The notes under the pieces are model-generated. The model searched no databases, was not told where the DNA came from, and saw only the letters and a program-made list of their open reading frames with translations. DNA of 64,000 nt from Balanoglossus misakiensis (taxonomy: Eukaryota; Animalia; Hemichordata): positions 7,758,232 to 7,822,231 of the forward strand of contig CM082589.2 in NCBI GenBank assembly GCA_040954595.2, written 5' to 3'. Below, piece after piece: positions 50,854 to 64,000 of this stretch. The stretch's first letter is position 1, and each line of letters begins with the position of its first letter. Made by a program: the position numbers and the translations under genes.

Positions 50854-53019
50854 ACTTGAAGTCTGGCCGGATGTTGATTTGGGAAGTGTAAGAAACTGAA
50901 TCCTTGAGCGCTAACATGAGAGATTATCGTTACATACGTCATATGTTTCCCTGTGGAATGATGTCCGTTTTTGGAACAAGAAACTTGCCTGTGGTCAAAT
51001 TTACAATGCAAAGACAAATACAGTGTGAACCAAACAATGAAACATATTGAAAAACAATGTGTATTTTTGGAATTCTAACTGGGATCTGCTGTATCTTTTT
51101 TCAAGAAGCAAGAAGTTAGCACAGAACTCATCCATTTATTTTTTTAACTTCTTTGATATTTTATTTAAACGATGATTGTGTGGATATCTGTTCAGTTGTT
51201 GACGGACTTGTTTCAGCTTTGCAGTGACGTGTATTTCACGGTGAAAGTGTAATGTTAAAATGGCTGGTTTATCTTTGCTTGAAGATCTTCCATGATATGC
51301 ACATGATCAGTTGGTGATGACTAGTATCTAGTATCTAGTGATGACTAGTGTCATTTTCAGTTCATTCAATTCTGGAAATTGTGTTGCCTGAGCATTGACG
51401 TGGCAACGCTGAGACCTTAGTTGTAATAACTATTTTGACAGTCAATGTGACTGAACACATTTCAGTAGGCAAAACAACATATATCTTATCAAAATAATGT
51501 TCTTAGCAGCTTTTCCCTAAACAAAATACAGTTGTGTAAATGCTAACTTTGACTTCCTGATACTGTGACAGAGTAAATAACTTTCCCTAAAATGCAAAAT
51601 ATCCAAATACATGTAGCAATTGTTTGTGCAAGTCAATGAGTACATTGAACTGTGGTTTTAAAAGTTTGCTTGATGCAAGATCATTAATTTTGCAGTCTGT
51701 GATTATAATGTTAGTCAAGTCTTTACTCCACTGGCCAATTGAGATACCCTCATCCTTTCCAAACAATTTGAGTCTGAACAACTCTTCACTATATAGTTGC
51801 TTTGAAAGACATCTTGCAACAGCTGCAGTTCTAATGCAAATTGATCATCAGTATATGATCCTTCCATGGAATGACTTCAAACAATGTTGCTATGACAACA
51901 TTCACAAAGTTCATTTAATCAATCCAAAATTTTCTATCAATGCAATTATTTTTTAAAGTGTTCTGCTTTTGTCATGACTAAATCTATCCTGACTTTGCTG
52001 TTCTCCACATTCTGAATCATTTTATTATTTACACAGATGGAAGAATGCAACTTGATATTTTAATGTATTTTAGAATTTTTTAGATTGTAAAAACTTCTAT
52101 TCCTGCTATGTATGATCAGTACATAACCATGCATTTGAGGATGCAGAGGCTCAATAAACATTTACATGATACAAATGCATGATATTTGTTATTTCATTTG
52201 CTTTGGAGGAAAATAACATTCCTTTTCTTACTAATAACCAGTAAACAAAGAGGCTTTCGCTATATCTTCCTGGGTACTGCCCATACCCAAACTAAGCATC
52301 ACTTGACTAGCGAAGATGACAAAAAGGCAGTGACCTTTGTTTACAGATAATAACCACTAGAAACAAATATTACAAGTTTTGACTGCTATTTAATTTTCGT
52401 TCGCCATTTGAAGCTGTGACACTTTTCAAAGATTTTATCAAACTGATTGCTTTATTCGTCATAATGTTTTGGTAGGACTGATTTGATTGATTGTATTAGT
52501 AACTATATGTAATACTGCCCTCTGTGGTAGCTTATCCCAGACTTTCGTTTGTAGTACAATATGCTGCCCTCTTAGGGTGTATACTGGTTTACATCACGGT
52601 AGCTGTACAAGGGTTGTAGCATGTTTGTGTGTCAATCATGCATGTACCAGTACAAAACCTTTTAACTGGTGCTGGATCTATGATAAAATATAATTTTAAT
52701 AAAATCAATTTACGAAGTTACTTACTTACACTTGGTCTTACTTGTACTGGTACATATAAGATAACAATTATGCGGACAATAATTGAGCCTGGCTTTTCTT
52801 GGTTCTTGCACGTTCCGAGCTAATTTCGCAATTTTCGATCAATTTTCGGAATTTCTTTTTAATCTTGTATTTTTTCAACAAACAAAGGTGTTGCCATCAC
52901 CTTGATGTCTTAAGTTTAGTCATGCTATCAATAACAAAGTATGTAAGATTTGCAGCATATTTACAAAACAAAATTTAATGAGACACCCTGAGCTGCTGAT
53001 ATTTGCTGGAAATTGTCCA

Positions 53020-55360
53020 CACCTAACTCTGACATAAGCCTTCCTATCCATACCATATATAACTATCAGCCTTTTAAATTAGGATATATTGTGAACAGAG
53101 GCTTGCAAGAGTTGAAAGTAGGGACCTCTGACCCAAGTCATACATCATTGTAGTATAAATGAAATGAAGACATTATTCAGAATTACGTGAATTCGAATTT
53201 TAATCAAAAGTGTGAGAATTCAAAATGGACCTTTTTTCCACAAAGATGATAAATTTTGAAATTTGGGCAATGTTTTGGCTTCAGGCTATAGGCATTCTTG
53301 TGATAAATGGAGGCTTTCTATCAGTATCATACTGTAATCTGTATCCCACACACAAATTCTAATTTGATTTCATCAGAAATTCTGCCACAAATAGAAGCAA
53401 TTAATTATGATAGAAAAATTATTGTTAACAGGACCCAAGAAGAGTCGTTACCATGCCAACGTTAGTTCCTGACCTCATTTGTCTGAGGTAACAGTCATAA
53501 ATTGTAATCTTCAATCAGGAACAGACCACTTTATCAAAGATTTCTGATTGAATAAACTGGCTGACTGTTCATCTGAAGTTTGTAGTCTGCAGACAGTGTC
53601 ATATTAAATTGATTTTATTAAAATTATGAGATTTAGTCAGTTATTACTATGGTGACTAATAAGACTAGAAACACATTATGCCAATACCAGTTCGAGTCTG
53701 ATGGAAAAATTCTATGAATTTCAAGTTTCATGTATGCCTCTGGAATATATAATAAGCCTAAAATAACAAGCTATTGCATCAATTCGGCTGCATGTTGTTT
53801 GTACAAGGAATTCTGGAAATGAGACTTTTACATTCCTACCATCAGATGAAGCAATTTTTTTGAAAATCCATTTTCCTAAAAATGCTCACAATTTCTTGAT
53901 TAAAACATGATGGAATTTAGAATATCCCGAATTCACTTTTCTGACCAAACCATGCTTTCTGATTTACGTGCTTGGCATTGTTGCAGATGTGTTGCTGATA
54001 ACATGCAAGTATCTAAACATGCAATATCTCATACATTTACTTCTTGTATAGTAACATTTTAATCATTCCTATCGATAATTTGAAAATGGTGTAGAAATGC
54101 ATTGTGGGATACCTGAGAAGAAAGGTCTAGCAAGTGATTATTTCAGAATGTTTGTAAAAAATCAGTTTGCGTTTTCTTTAGATCGGAGCTGAATAATTGA
54201 AGCTCTCAGTGTGATTGTACATCTTTTGCAGGAGAACCTTCCATATTTGTATGCAGTTAATGACAAGGATATCAGCTATCTGCCACACATACAAAATGCC
54301 TACTTTGGTATTCAAATAATTCCAAACATGAAAGTCGCCAAAAATAATCCTAAGAAAACACATTCTGCGTGTGATTTCACTAGTAATTACCTCAGCTGGA
54401 TTTCCAATATTGGATCGTATAACTATGCATGGAAAAGTCATTACTGTCATACAAAGCCATCAGTTTCCATGGCTACACTGTCAACATGTAACCACAGTAA
54501 TCTTTTTGATTTCATCTTAAGATGATTTTGCAGGCTATATCAGAAATCGGTCTGTGATTACATTGGAGGATAATTTTCTCAATGAAATCATCTCTGCCTT
54601 GTTGATAACTTCAGAGAATTTTCCAACAAAGGGACATTTCTGCAAAGTGAGTATAATTTGTACCATACAGTAGGGACTTCAGGCATACTGTTATATACTG
54701 TAAAACAGGAAATTTTCACGAATGACAAATTTTCGCAAACTTGGCAAGTGCAAAATAAGACGTGAAAATAAAAAGTCTCGTAAAATATTTTTCAGAGATA
54801 ATGATGCAGTTAGTGAAATACGAGAACCCAAAAATGAATTGTTATGTAACATTTGCATTTTTTGATATTGCGAAATTTTCCTGTCGCGAAAATTAAAAGT
54901 TTTATAGTACCGTTAAAGTCATATTTGTAGACGCATACATAATTATAAATGCTAGAACTCTGACTACATGTACATATCCAAGATTAAAAGGAAATTCCGA
55001 ATTTATCCGGAATTCTGAAATTAGTTCAGAGCGTGTTTTAACAGTCACCTTTTTACTTGTGACAAGAGAGATGATTTCATAGCAACTTCACTATAATCAT
55101 GCCTTTATGGCAATATTATTCTACTCTCACCAGCCTATGGGATATACATTTGCCAGCTTTTCCATGTTGCAAGAGCATCCATCTCATGTAATGATTTTGC
55201 AGAGAGATACAGGCACCTCTTGCAATCTTAAAAAATCAATGTTGCCATCGACAAAGGCTTGTTTGTACATCCGTGTTTTTCCATGAGCTGGTAGATAGGA
55301 ATGATGTACAGGTAGCTGTGATGGCATCAGTGCCATTGGTCTTTCGATTGTGACAACTTC
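53020..55360 (+). pseudogene. Decayed coding-like exons of unknown origin
   Basis: Protein-like stretches broken by stops and frameshifts, e.g. IIEALSVIVHLLQENLPYLY..; DDFAGYIRNRSVITLEDNFLNEIISALVDNFREF followed by a GTGAGT donor at about 54647. Confidence 0.3.
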
Positions 55361-56224
55361 CTGTTTTGAGAGTTTATATATGGTGGGTGGTGCTACATGG
55401 GGGACAGGGCGCGCTTACTATTTTCGAAACACTTGACATCAATTCTTGGTCTTTTTGTCGGAGGTTTATGTCTTTCTTTGGTGTATTTGGCTTTGTCCTG
55501 TGTTACTTTTTTTCGGTTGTCTGACACAGGCTCTGCTGTGCTTTGTTTGCCTTTTACAACCAGCCATTCTGTGCATCACCAGTTTGTGTTCTGGGATAAT
55601 TGTGTCTTTCTGAACTACTGTAAAACGGGTTATTTTCGCGACAGGAAATTTTTGCGATATTAAGAAAGGCAACAGTTACGCGAGGGTTAATTTTTGCGTT
55701 CTTGTATTTCACTAATTACCTCCTTATCTCCTAAAAACATTTTACGCGACTTTTTATTTTCACATTTTTTTTTGGCTCTTGCGTATTTCGCGAAAATTTA
55801 TTGCTTGCGAAAATAACCTGTTCTGAACTGTATGATGAGAATATGTCAGCTGTTATTGGTGTCTTCTTTTATGTTGTAAAATGAACACCAGTAATTTGAT
55901 ACCGTGGTTTGTTATTCATTATGAATTTCTGAGAAAAACAGAATTTCCAATTTCTAAAGTGATGCAGAAGCTTGTCATTTCATCTACTTATTAGTTGCGG
56001 TTTTCCAATTTGAATGCACATGCTAAAATAGTCAAGAGGGAGTTGATGTGTATTTTGTCATGCTGATTTCAGTTCAGTCTCACTGTCTCTATATGTAATT
56101 GATACAGGGCCTGAAATGTTTTCACTCTCCACGGTGATATTAAAACCTGGACTTTGACAGGTTTCCAGGTTTGATTGGAAAATACTGACAACGGTTTGTA
56201 GAGTGAAGCTGACACTGGTCAAAC

Positions 56225-57356
56225 CACAGGGAACTTAGTAATTTTGTTATTGTTGTTGTTGTTGTTGTTGTTGTTGTTAAGATTGGTAATAAAATTAAAA
56301 AAAAATCAATGTGTCATTTCTTGCTATGTTTGTCGATGTTGTAGATAACTGTAAAAAAAAACCCAACCATAATCGTGGAAAACACGACCTAGGTCGCCGA
56401 ATGTCACTACCGTCTTACATACAGGCAAGGGTGGAATCCACATGCCCTGGATCTAGGCTCATGGGCCACCTTCAAGGCCCTGAAAAATCACCCCATTCAC
56501 CAGCGAGCGATTAAATTATGCCACCATAGGCATTGAAATTTATCTCACTGACCTAATTTGGGCTTCACTTCATCTATCGACCTGCAAACGAGTGGAAAAA
56601 CGGCGATTTCCAAGTCGTACCCAGTCAAATTCAATCACATTTGAATCACGCGCCCGATGGTGATGGCTCCATTTTCTCTGCCTATTTAAATTGACCAATC
56701 GGGCGCCCTGTAAAGGCTGCCTCGGCCACCCGATTGTTTATTGCTCAACTCGTACGAGTACGTGTAACTGCGTTCAAAATAACGCGAAAAAAAGGAGGCG
56801 AAACCTTAAGAGTCATACAGATAAATGGATACTTCCCAACGCTTTGTCATAAAATCTACCATTTTACGTCTTGAATACAGTGCAGTCGATAGTCAGAACG
56901 TACACTTCCGGGTGTTGCTTTACAGGGCGCCCGATTGGTCAATTTAAATAGGCAGAGAAAATGGAGCCATCACCATCGGGCGCGTGATTCAAATGTGATT
57001 GAATTTGACTGGGTACGACTTGGAAATCGCCGTTTTTCCACTCGTTTGCAGGTCGATAGATGAAGTGAAGCCCAAATTAGGTCAGTGAGATAAATTTCAA
57101 TGCCTATGGTGGCATAATTTAATCGCTCGCTGGTGAATGGGGTGATTTTTCAGGGCCTTGAAGGTGGCCCATGAGCCTAGATCCAGGGCATGTGGATTCC
57201 ACCCTTGCCTGTATGTAAGACGGTAGTGACATTCGGCGACCTAGGTCGTGTTTTCCACGATTATGGTTGGGTTTTTTTTTTTACAGTTATCTACAACATC
57301 GACAAACATAGCAAGAAATGACACATTGATTTTTTTTTAATTTTATTACCAATCTT

Positions 57357-57392
<36 letters not shown>

Positions 57393-57416
57393 AACAAAAT
57401 TACTAAGTTCCCTGTG
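56225..57416. mobile_element. Foldback element with ~490-bp TIRs and a 7-bp TSD (Galileo/P-superfamily-like)
   Basis: GTCAAAC|CACAGGG...CCCTGTG|GTCAAAC. Arms 56225-56715 and 56918-57416 are near-perfect reverse complements around a 202-bp spacer. Confidence 0.88.
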
Positions 57417-57599
57417 GTCAAACATAATGATTTGGTGTGTGGTTACTTGTACTTTGATATTAGTTGTAATCTTATATGGCACAAGACTTCACTGTATACT
57501 GTAGTTTGATATCAAAGATACTTAGTTAAAATTACCACGAAAATGAATTATGAAGCCTGTAAAATTGAACTCTGTCTAATCTTGATTCCTTCCTTTTAA

Positions 57600-57795
57600 A
57601 GGTATATATGGTCACCTATGGAAAATTAGCTATACATTACCATTGCAAATTGAGATCTAGCCAATCACAGATTTTCAGTGGGTGGCACGTCACGTGAAAA
57701 AAAGAGCGTCACCATTTGTTCTTTATAAGAACACTCAAATACGCCATTTCAGCCATGGGCATACTAGTATGTAAATTGGAAGTGATGGTATACCT
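57600..57795 (+). mobile_element. MITE family B copy
   Basis: TTAA-AGGTATATATGGTCACC...GGTATACCT-TTAA. Confidence 0.85.
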
Positions 57796-60700
57796 TTAAT
57801 TGACTGTGAAATGTTTATAAAAATAATTGTTACACCAACATATGTAAATTGAAGTCAGTTATAAACTACACTGATGTGCTTTTTGTCACTGTCTTGTAAG
57901 CAAGATTTTTATAAACTATTATTCCAAATCAGCTGTATTAAGCTAAAAACAATGTATGGAGGCAAAAACTTTATTTCTCTTATTGACTGTATTCATAAAA
58001 TCAAACTGAACTGGAAATGTCCTATAATTGAAATTTACTCTCTGAGTAATATAAGTATTGAGACAGTTGTAAATCATTGTGTCTTTGCTACTGTAAGCAG
58101 TTTATCACTTGAAACTGATTGCAGTCTGGGTGGTTGCCATAGTTTCGCAGTTACTTATGAAACCTTTCTGTGTCTAGGCATAATGCCCGATTAAAGAGAA
58201 ACTGAAATTTCAGTGTTTTGACAGACATTTTGTCCAATTACCTTTTATCAAAGAATAGCTTGACGTCAGAATTCCATACTGGCCAAGCACTTCTGATCCG
58301 AAAACCACTTTGGAGAGAAGATTAAAATTCATTACTTGGTATGTTTTTTTTCTTTATGGCAACGTGTACAGCAATTTAACAAGCTAGTTGAGAAATAAAA
58401 AAAATGGAAATATAGAAAACAATCTGATAGACATCAGTGCAACAAGACACAGCTGACAGAGTACAGTGACATGGTGAAAGTGGGTTTATATCAGACAATT
58501 TATGCCAGCCCAACATATTTTTGCATGACAGTATGTTTTGGTGGCAATTTGGAGATGTCTACAAGTGAGGTGAAAGTAAAATGATAGCAGACAGTTTGTA
58601 CACTATACTGGTTACTGTACCTTATTGATTCTGTCAACAGACTGATAGACGTTTACAAAGTGATTTTCAGGTCATTTTGCATTCATAAATAGTGTAATTA
58701 GGGGGAAGCAGAAATTTTGTGTACAAATCAAATCTTTTAATTCAGTGAGAAGTTACAATTTCTGGGCCATGGCTTTACATGTATATATGTGCAGTTCTGT
58801 AGGTTAAAAGTCACTTTTTATTAGTGAATCTTTGGGTGAGACAATTGATGAGGACATGATGAGATTCTGCAGCATGTTGAATGTGTCACCATGGTAACTG
58901 TCTGCTGAAAGACATCATTGCTGTGATTGTTTTAAACAATTAAGAAATTCATTCGCAAAACATCATTGAGCCATGTTGTGTTATTAAACATACAGGTATT
59001 TCATTTTGGACAAACGAAATCAAAACACAGTGTCAGCGACAGCATTTAAGGGTATCACCATGGTAACTTGGCTCCTCAAGCTCTGATTCTCGAAGGTTAG
59101 GTGCATAAACTGTCTGGGAGAGGTTTTGCATCTTATTCTCAGATAAACAAAGATGCAGACTTTGTAATATAACTAAACTTGATTGTGGAGTTCAGAATGC
59201 AACAATCAGTGGCATATTTTTACAAACAGTTTCTACTTTCTCTGAGGAAAGAAGTTAGTGTATATTTACACAGAACAGGGGGATTGTGAAAAATCTTTAG
59301 GAAATTTGAGTTTCAAGATGGCCAGCTTTACACCTCAAGAGAAGCATAAGATGACATTTATGGCTAGAGAAGCCAATCGGAGATTAACAGCCAAGATGCG
59401 GGTTTTGCGGACTGAGATTTTATGGCAGAAATGCCTGACCTTGGTGAGGCTACAAATACCAAATGACCGAAGTCTGCAAAACCTGCAGTGTATCAGGACT
59501 GTACAAGTTTTATCATCTATGTTATGGAAAATATTATATTGATATTCTTAATTATTTTGTAGATGTGTGCATGCATCGAAAATTTATCGCTGTTGGTAGG
59601 GGGAACCCGAATTCGATAAACAAAACCATGTGAGGAAAAAGGCCATAGAAATTTGCATATTCCTTTGAACACACTTACCCACATATATTTATTAATACTG
59701 CTATCACGTGACGATTGTGGTATGGATTTAAGCTGTATCATATCTGTAGTGGAGTCCAAAAAACAAATAAAGAAGCAATATACAAATCACATTGTATTTT
59801 ATGTATTGTTGGCTGCAAGGAAATACATAGTGCATGAACGTAGATGAGATGTTTATGTGTTGAGTGTTTTACGCAGGTCATGACCTGATTTTAGATCATT
59901 GTATGTAGTTAGTGTACAAAAGAACATTTGACACTTAACAAGTAACGAAATGGGAATACCACTTTAACTGTGTGTCACCTCCATTAAATGTAAATAAAAC
60001 TGCTTTCAGTATGTTGTTTAAATGACACAGAGAATGAATAACAGATCTATGGAGATTGTGAAATTATCTGGTAGGCATGTTTAATAAAAATTGTTTGCTA
60101 TCTGAATTGGGGTAGATTTTAACATTTTGTCATATACTGTATTGAAATCAGAGCTGTAAAGTGTAATATGTAATTCAAGGTTCTCTGCAGAACAATTAAA
60201 TGGTATTGGCCAATACTCTTTAATTTTGAGAAAACAATAAAAAAACAATAAAAACTCATTAACACAACAATTAATGTATTGTTATGTAAATTGATCCATA
60301 TTTTGTCAGAAATTCCTAGGGAGAACATTGTTAGAGTGGTTGAACGTCTTATAGTTAGATTTTGTTGTTTTCTATTCTCAATAAAAATATTGTTGAGTCT
60401 GTCGATGGTGTACGTCTTTTTAACGAACTATAAGGAGGAAACTTTATATTTGAACATAGCAAAAATATTGAACCTGTCAACACATTACAGCTAGCTAGGC
60501 ATTCATAGAAACATATACAGTGGCATGTTCATCAATTGACATCCTCATAGTTCATTTGGCCTGAGGAACGAACAGGACATTTTAACTGCTGATAGCCACA
60601 CTGAGCATGCTATTATCTGGCTACCAGCTAAACCAATATGATGAATTCATAAAAGACCCAGTAATTACCTTACAGGCTATCAACCTTATTAGCCAATGGC

Positions 60701-63700
60701 CACTCTTTGCTAGCAGCTTTACACTTTGTTGAGTTCCTAGGAGGCCCAGCTGTAATGCTATATTCAGCCAGGATAGCCATATTGTTGCATAATTGAAATG
60801 AATGCAACACAATGTCTGGAGGTATTATACACAGGCATTGCCTGAATATATTTCGTTCAGACTTTCTGGCTGTAGTATATTGGACAGTGTATGCTATAAG
60901 GACAGTGTACTATATGTACATCCATTTGCGTCAAGATACAATTCATTATGTACGTGTCCCCCCATTCAAACTAAATATAGGGAAAATGTATCATGGTGCA
61001 TATATGCACATCAAAAAGCTTTTAATATTTGGCTGTGATATTTTTCATACCCTGAGAGCCATTACACTGACATGCATCAACATCTTCTATCCAAACTAAC
61101 CTGGTATAAAAGACATGTGCATTTTACGAGACAAAACTAACTGCCAGACAGCCATTTTGTTGTGATGTTTTCATGCCCAAAACTATCTATCAAAGATGTT
61201 TCAACTTATTTTGTTCACTCACTGCAAATACAGTGCAATATATTAAATATACATGTACATGTGCATATCACCTCCAGGCTAAATCCTTGTTGGAAACATT
61301 GGTAAAGCCATTTTGCAATCATATCTGGACTGATGCTGATGCTTGATTTCCTTCAGTGTCATGTTTATCTAATGATCCAGTGGGACTAGGTCATTTGATA
61401 ATCGCTTATTTTTCAGATAAGAAAAGTTGAAGGATGGTGAACAGGGACTTTTATTAAAGATGCCTTTTAGGGAATTAGTGAATTTGTAAATTGAAGTCTG
61501 TTATTTTACATACAAGGCCATCATGAATTCCCATAGCCCTCAAGGGTTTGAAAGGTATAGGTGTACATGTACTTTGCCAAATAATGTCAATCATATGACA
61601 CCAATTCCCCAGTCTCAGTAAACAATGCCCAATCTCCATCGTTAAAATATAAGATAACATTTTCAGAAATGTTGAGAAATCGATTTATTACCTTGAGAGT
61701 ACTTGGGTATATTTCACAAATGTTACTTTATCCTGAAATGATCATATATCAGGAATAAAAGGATAAAAATAATCCGATTAAAATCACAGGACACTTACTG
61801 TTATTAATATGTGGTTGGTCAGATTACAACCGTAGTGTGTTCACATCTTTGGTCTACATGTTAATGCATGAACCTGCAGATCATTTGTGACCCAGATTAA
61901 GAACCTATTAAACGCGTCAATTCATCTCTTCATGGTGTTCTGTGGGTTATTTCCTGCATCATTAGTAACCATGGAAACCTGCTACACTGACTGTTAAACC
62001 AGTTGAATGCGCTGTAATTTATTCAAAAACCTAATGATACTATTATCATTTTGCTGTCATGCTAAAAGATCTCTTATATATGAGTCAAATCTGGCAATAT
62101 ATTCTAAAAACTCTAAGGAGAAGATTTTATATGCAGTGAAATATGTCTGTTTTAACCTCTCTAAACCAGTGCATATATTGAAAATGATTATGTCATATTC
62201 TCTTTTCTGAAAGGTATCTGTAATAGACTGGCTTTATTTTAACTAATACTGCAGATCTATGTACATGTACAAATTTGAATGAACAAAAAAAAAACCCAAT
62301 AATTTGAATTAGTGTCACACCTCATTTCCTAGTATATATACACAAACACAATGTTGAAGACAAACGGATTTGACGAAATGATACAGTTTGTTGTTGAGAG
62401 CTGTGTTTAAACATTTTCATCAAAGTAAGAAGTAGCTTTGTAGTAGAACTCAGGACAAGGTCGTGATTGTTCCATTTGCTAACTGTCAGTATTTTGTAGA
62501 GTTGCCATGACAACGACACCAGAGTTCATCAGTTTAAAAAAGCCTGCTAAACGCTGTTGTGTTTACAATGTGAAGTTCACAATACCTGGCCATTGCGTTT
62601 ATCATTGGCATGGCAACCATATTAAGTTCATTATTTGGTGAATTTATGTCTATCAGAGTGGTTTCTGATGGTTGTTTTCGAATCCAGCATTTGCTTTTAT
62701 GACTGACAGGTTGATTTCACTTCTCTACTGTGCAAGTGTCCAACCTATGCATAATTGGAATAAGGATATGTGATGTTGTCAAGTCTATGCAGCTCAAAAG
62801 TCATGTGCATCTTAGAATTCACAACCATGAGCAGAGATAAAAGTGGCATTAAATGTTAAGGGCACATGAACTGCAACTTTGGGATAATCATCATAATTTT
62901 TTTTCAGCCCATAAAGATACAAGTGCATATGCAGATTTGGGTACTTATTTTTCTTTTAATTTTGGGGCCATTTTGTCATAAATAAGTGTTATCTTGATAT
63001 ACTATGAGGCAATATAATTAAAATAAAAGCATATCCGAAATTATTTAAAGCTTAGAGTTTTTTATCCAGTTTCAGCTCATGGGCCTTTAAGAAATAAGAG
63101 AATGTCCCAGTAACTAAAATTTAAGTCTTTAAATTTTCTCTAATAACTGCTAAGAAACAATTGCATTCTGGAAAAAAGTCTTATTGTGATTTCAGCACAA
63201 TTTGAGTTGGTAAACTTTTATTTTTAATTTGCCGGAATAGATTTAGATTTTTGATAATGACACATTGAGAAAGCAAGTCACTTCTTAGTGAATCTTGTCG
63301 CATCTATGGTGACGAATATGAACAACATCCATTGTATAAATAGCTAGGAACCTTTTGAAGGTCGCAACAGTTGATGACAAGTGATAAAACAGCATCGTAA
63401 AATCAAACTCCTCCAAAGCAATTCTGTCTTTTATGATTTTTGTATTACCAGTACATCAGATGTGTTGGCCACCCTATATTTGAAGAGATACTTCATGCTC
63501 TGCAGAGGCAATCATTTCTTTGTCAAAACAGCTGTAGGCTTCTCGGCAAATTTATTTTTACTACTTTGCCATTTTAGGTACTGTCAGAGTCAGTAGAAGA
63601 CTTTCATGGAGGGAACAAAGTGCATAGTTTCTGACTGTCGTGTACATTTTTTATGTTATAAGAACATAACCGTTCTCGCTATCAGATCTGTATAGTATTA

Positions 63701-64000
63701 CAAAATAGACATTTTTTGAATTTAAAAAGTTAAAATTAATTTAAAGGAATCTAAATTGGTGTTGGGCAATTCACATGATACAGATCTCATTTCTTTGCAA
63801 TTCCTCAGTTATATTACACCAACACACACACACGTCTCACTGTGCTTGTTGAATAATGGAATATTCCAATTTTATATTGAATTAGTATGCCAGTCACGCA
63901 CACATGACAGTAACATACATGATTCCTCTGATAGTACATGTTTTAGCCCCTTCTTCAGAATGGTATATTCCATCCTCAGTGGCAACCAATTGCTTCACTT

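Overview
AT-rich, intron-containing animal genomic DNA, probably a marine invertebrate (the taxon cannot be fixed from sequence alone). Four multi-exon protein-coding genes could be spliced by hand using GT-AG sites and frame continuity. They are maelstrom (MAEL, +, 3341-11393), a secreted GH99/GH71-like glycoside hydrolase whose motifs resemble bacterial family members (+, 29055-38147), tektin-2 (TEKT2, -, 39928-43409) and ATRAID/APR-3 (+, 44700-50853). TEKT2 and ATRAID sit head-to-head on a very short shared promoter. A probable spliced non-coding locus with a triplicated exon unit lies between MAEL and the glycosidase. The window also holds many non-autonomous DNA transposons (Kolobok-, Tc1/mariner-, MULE-, Harbinger- and piggyBac-like), a 1.2-kb Galileo/P-like foldback element with a 7-bp TSD, LINE and LTR relics, and decayed coding-like sequence at 51.5-61.5 kb. 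Family assignments rest on remembered motifs; no database search was run.
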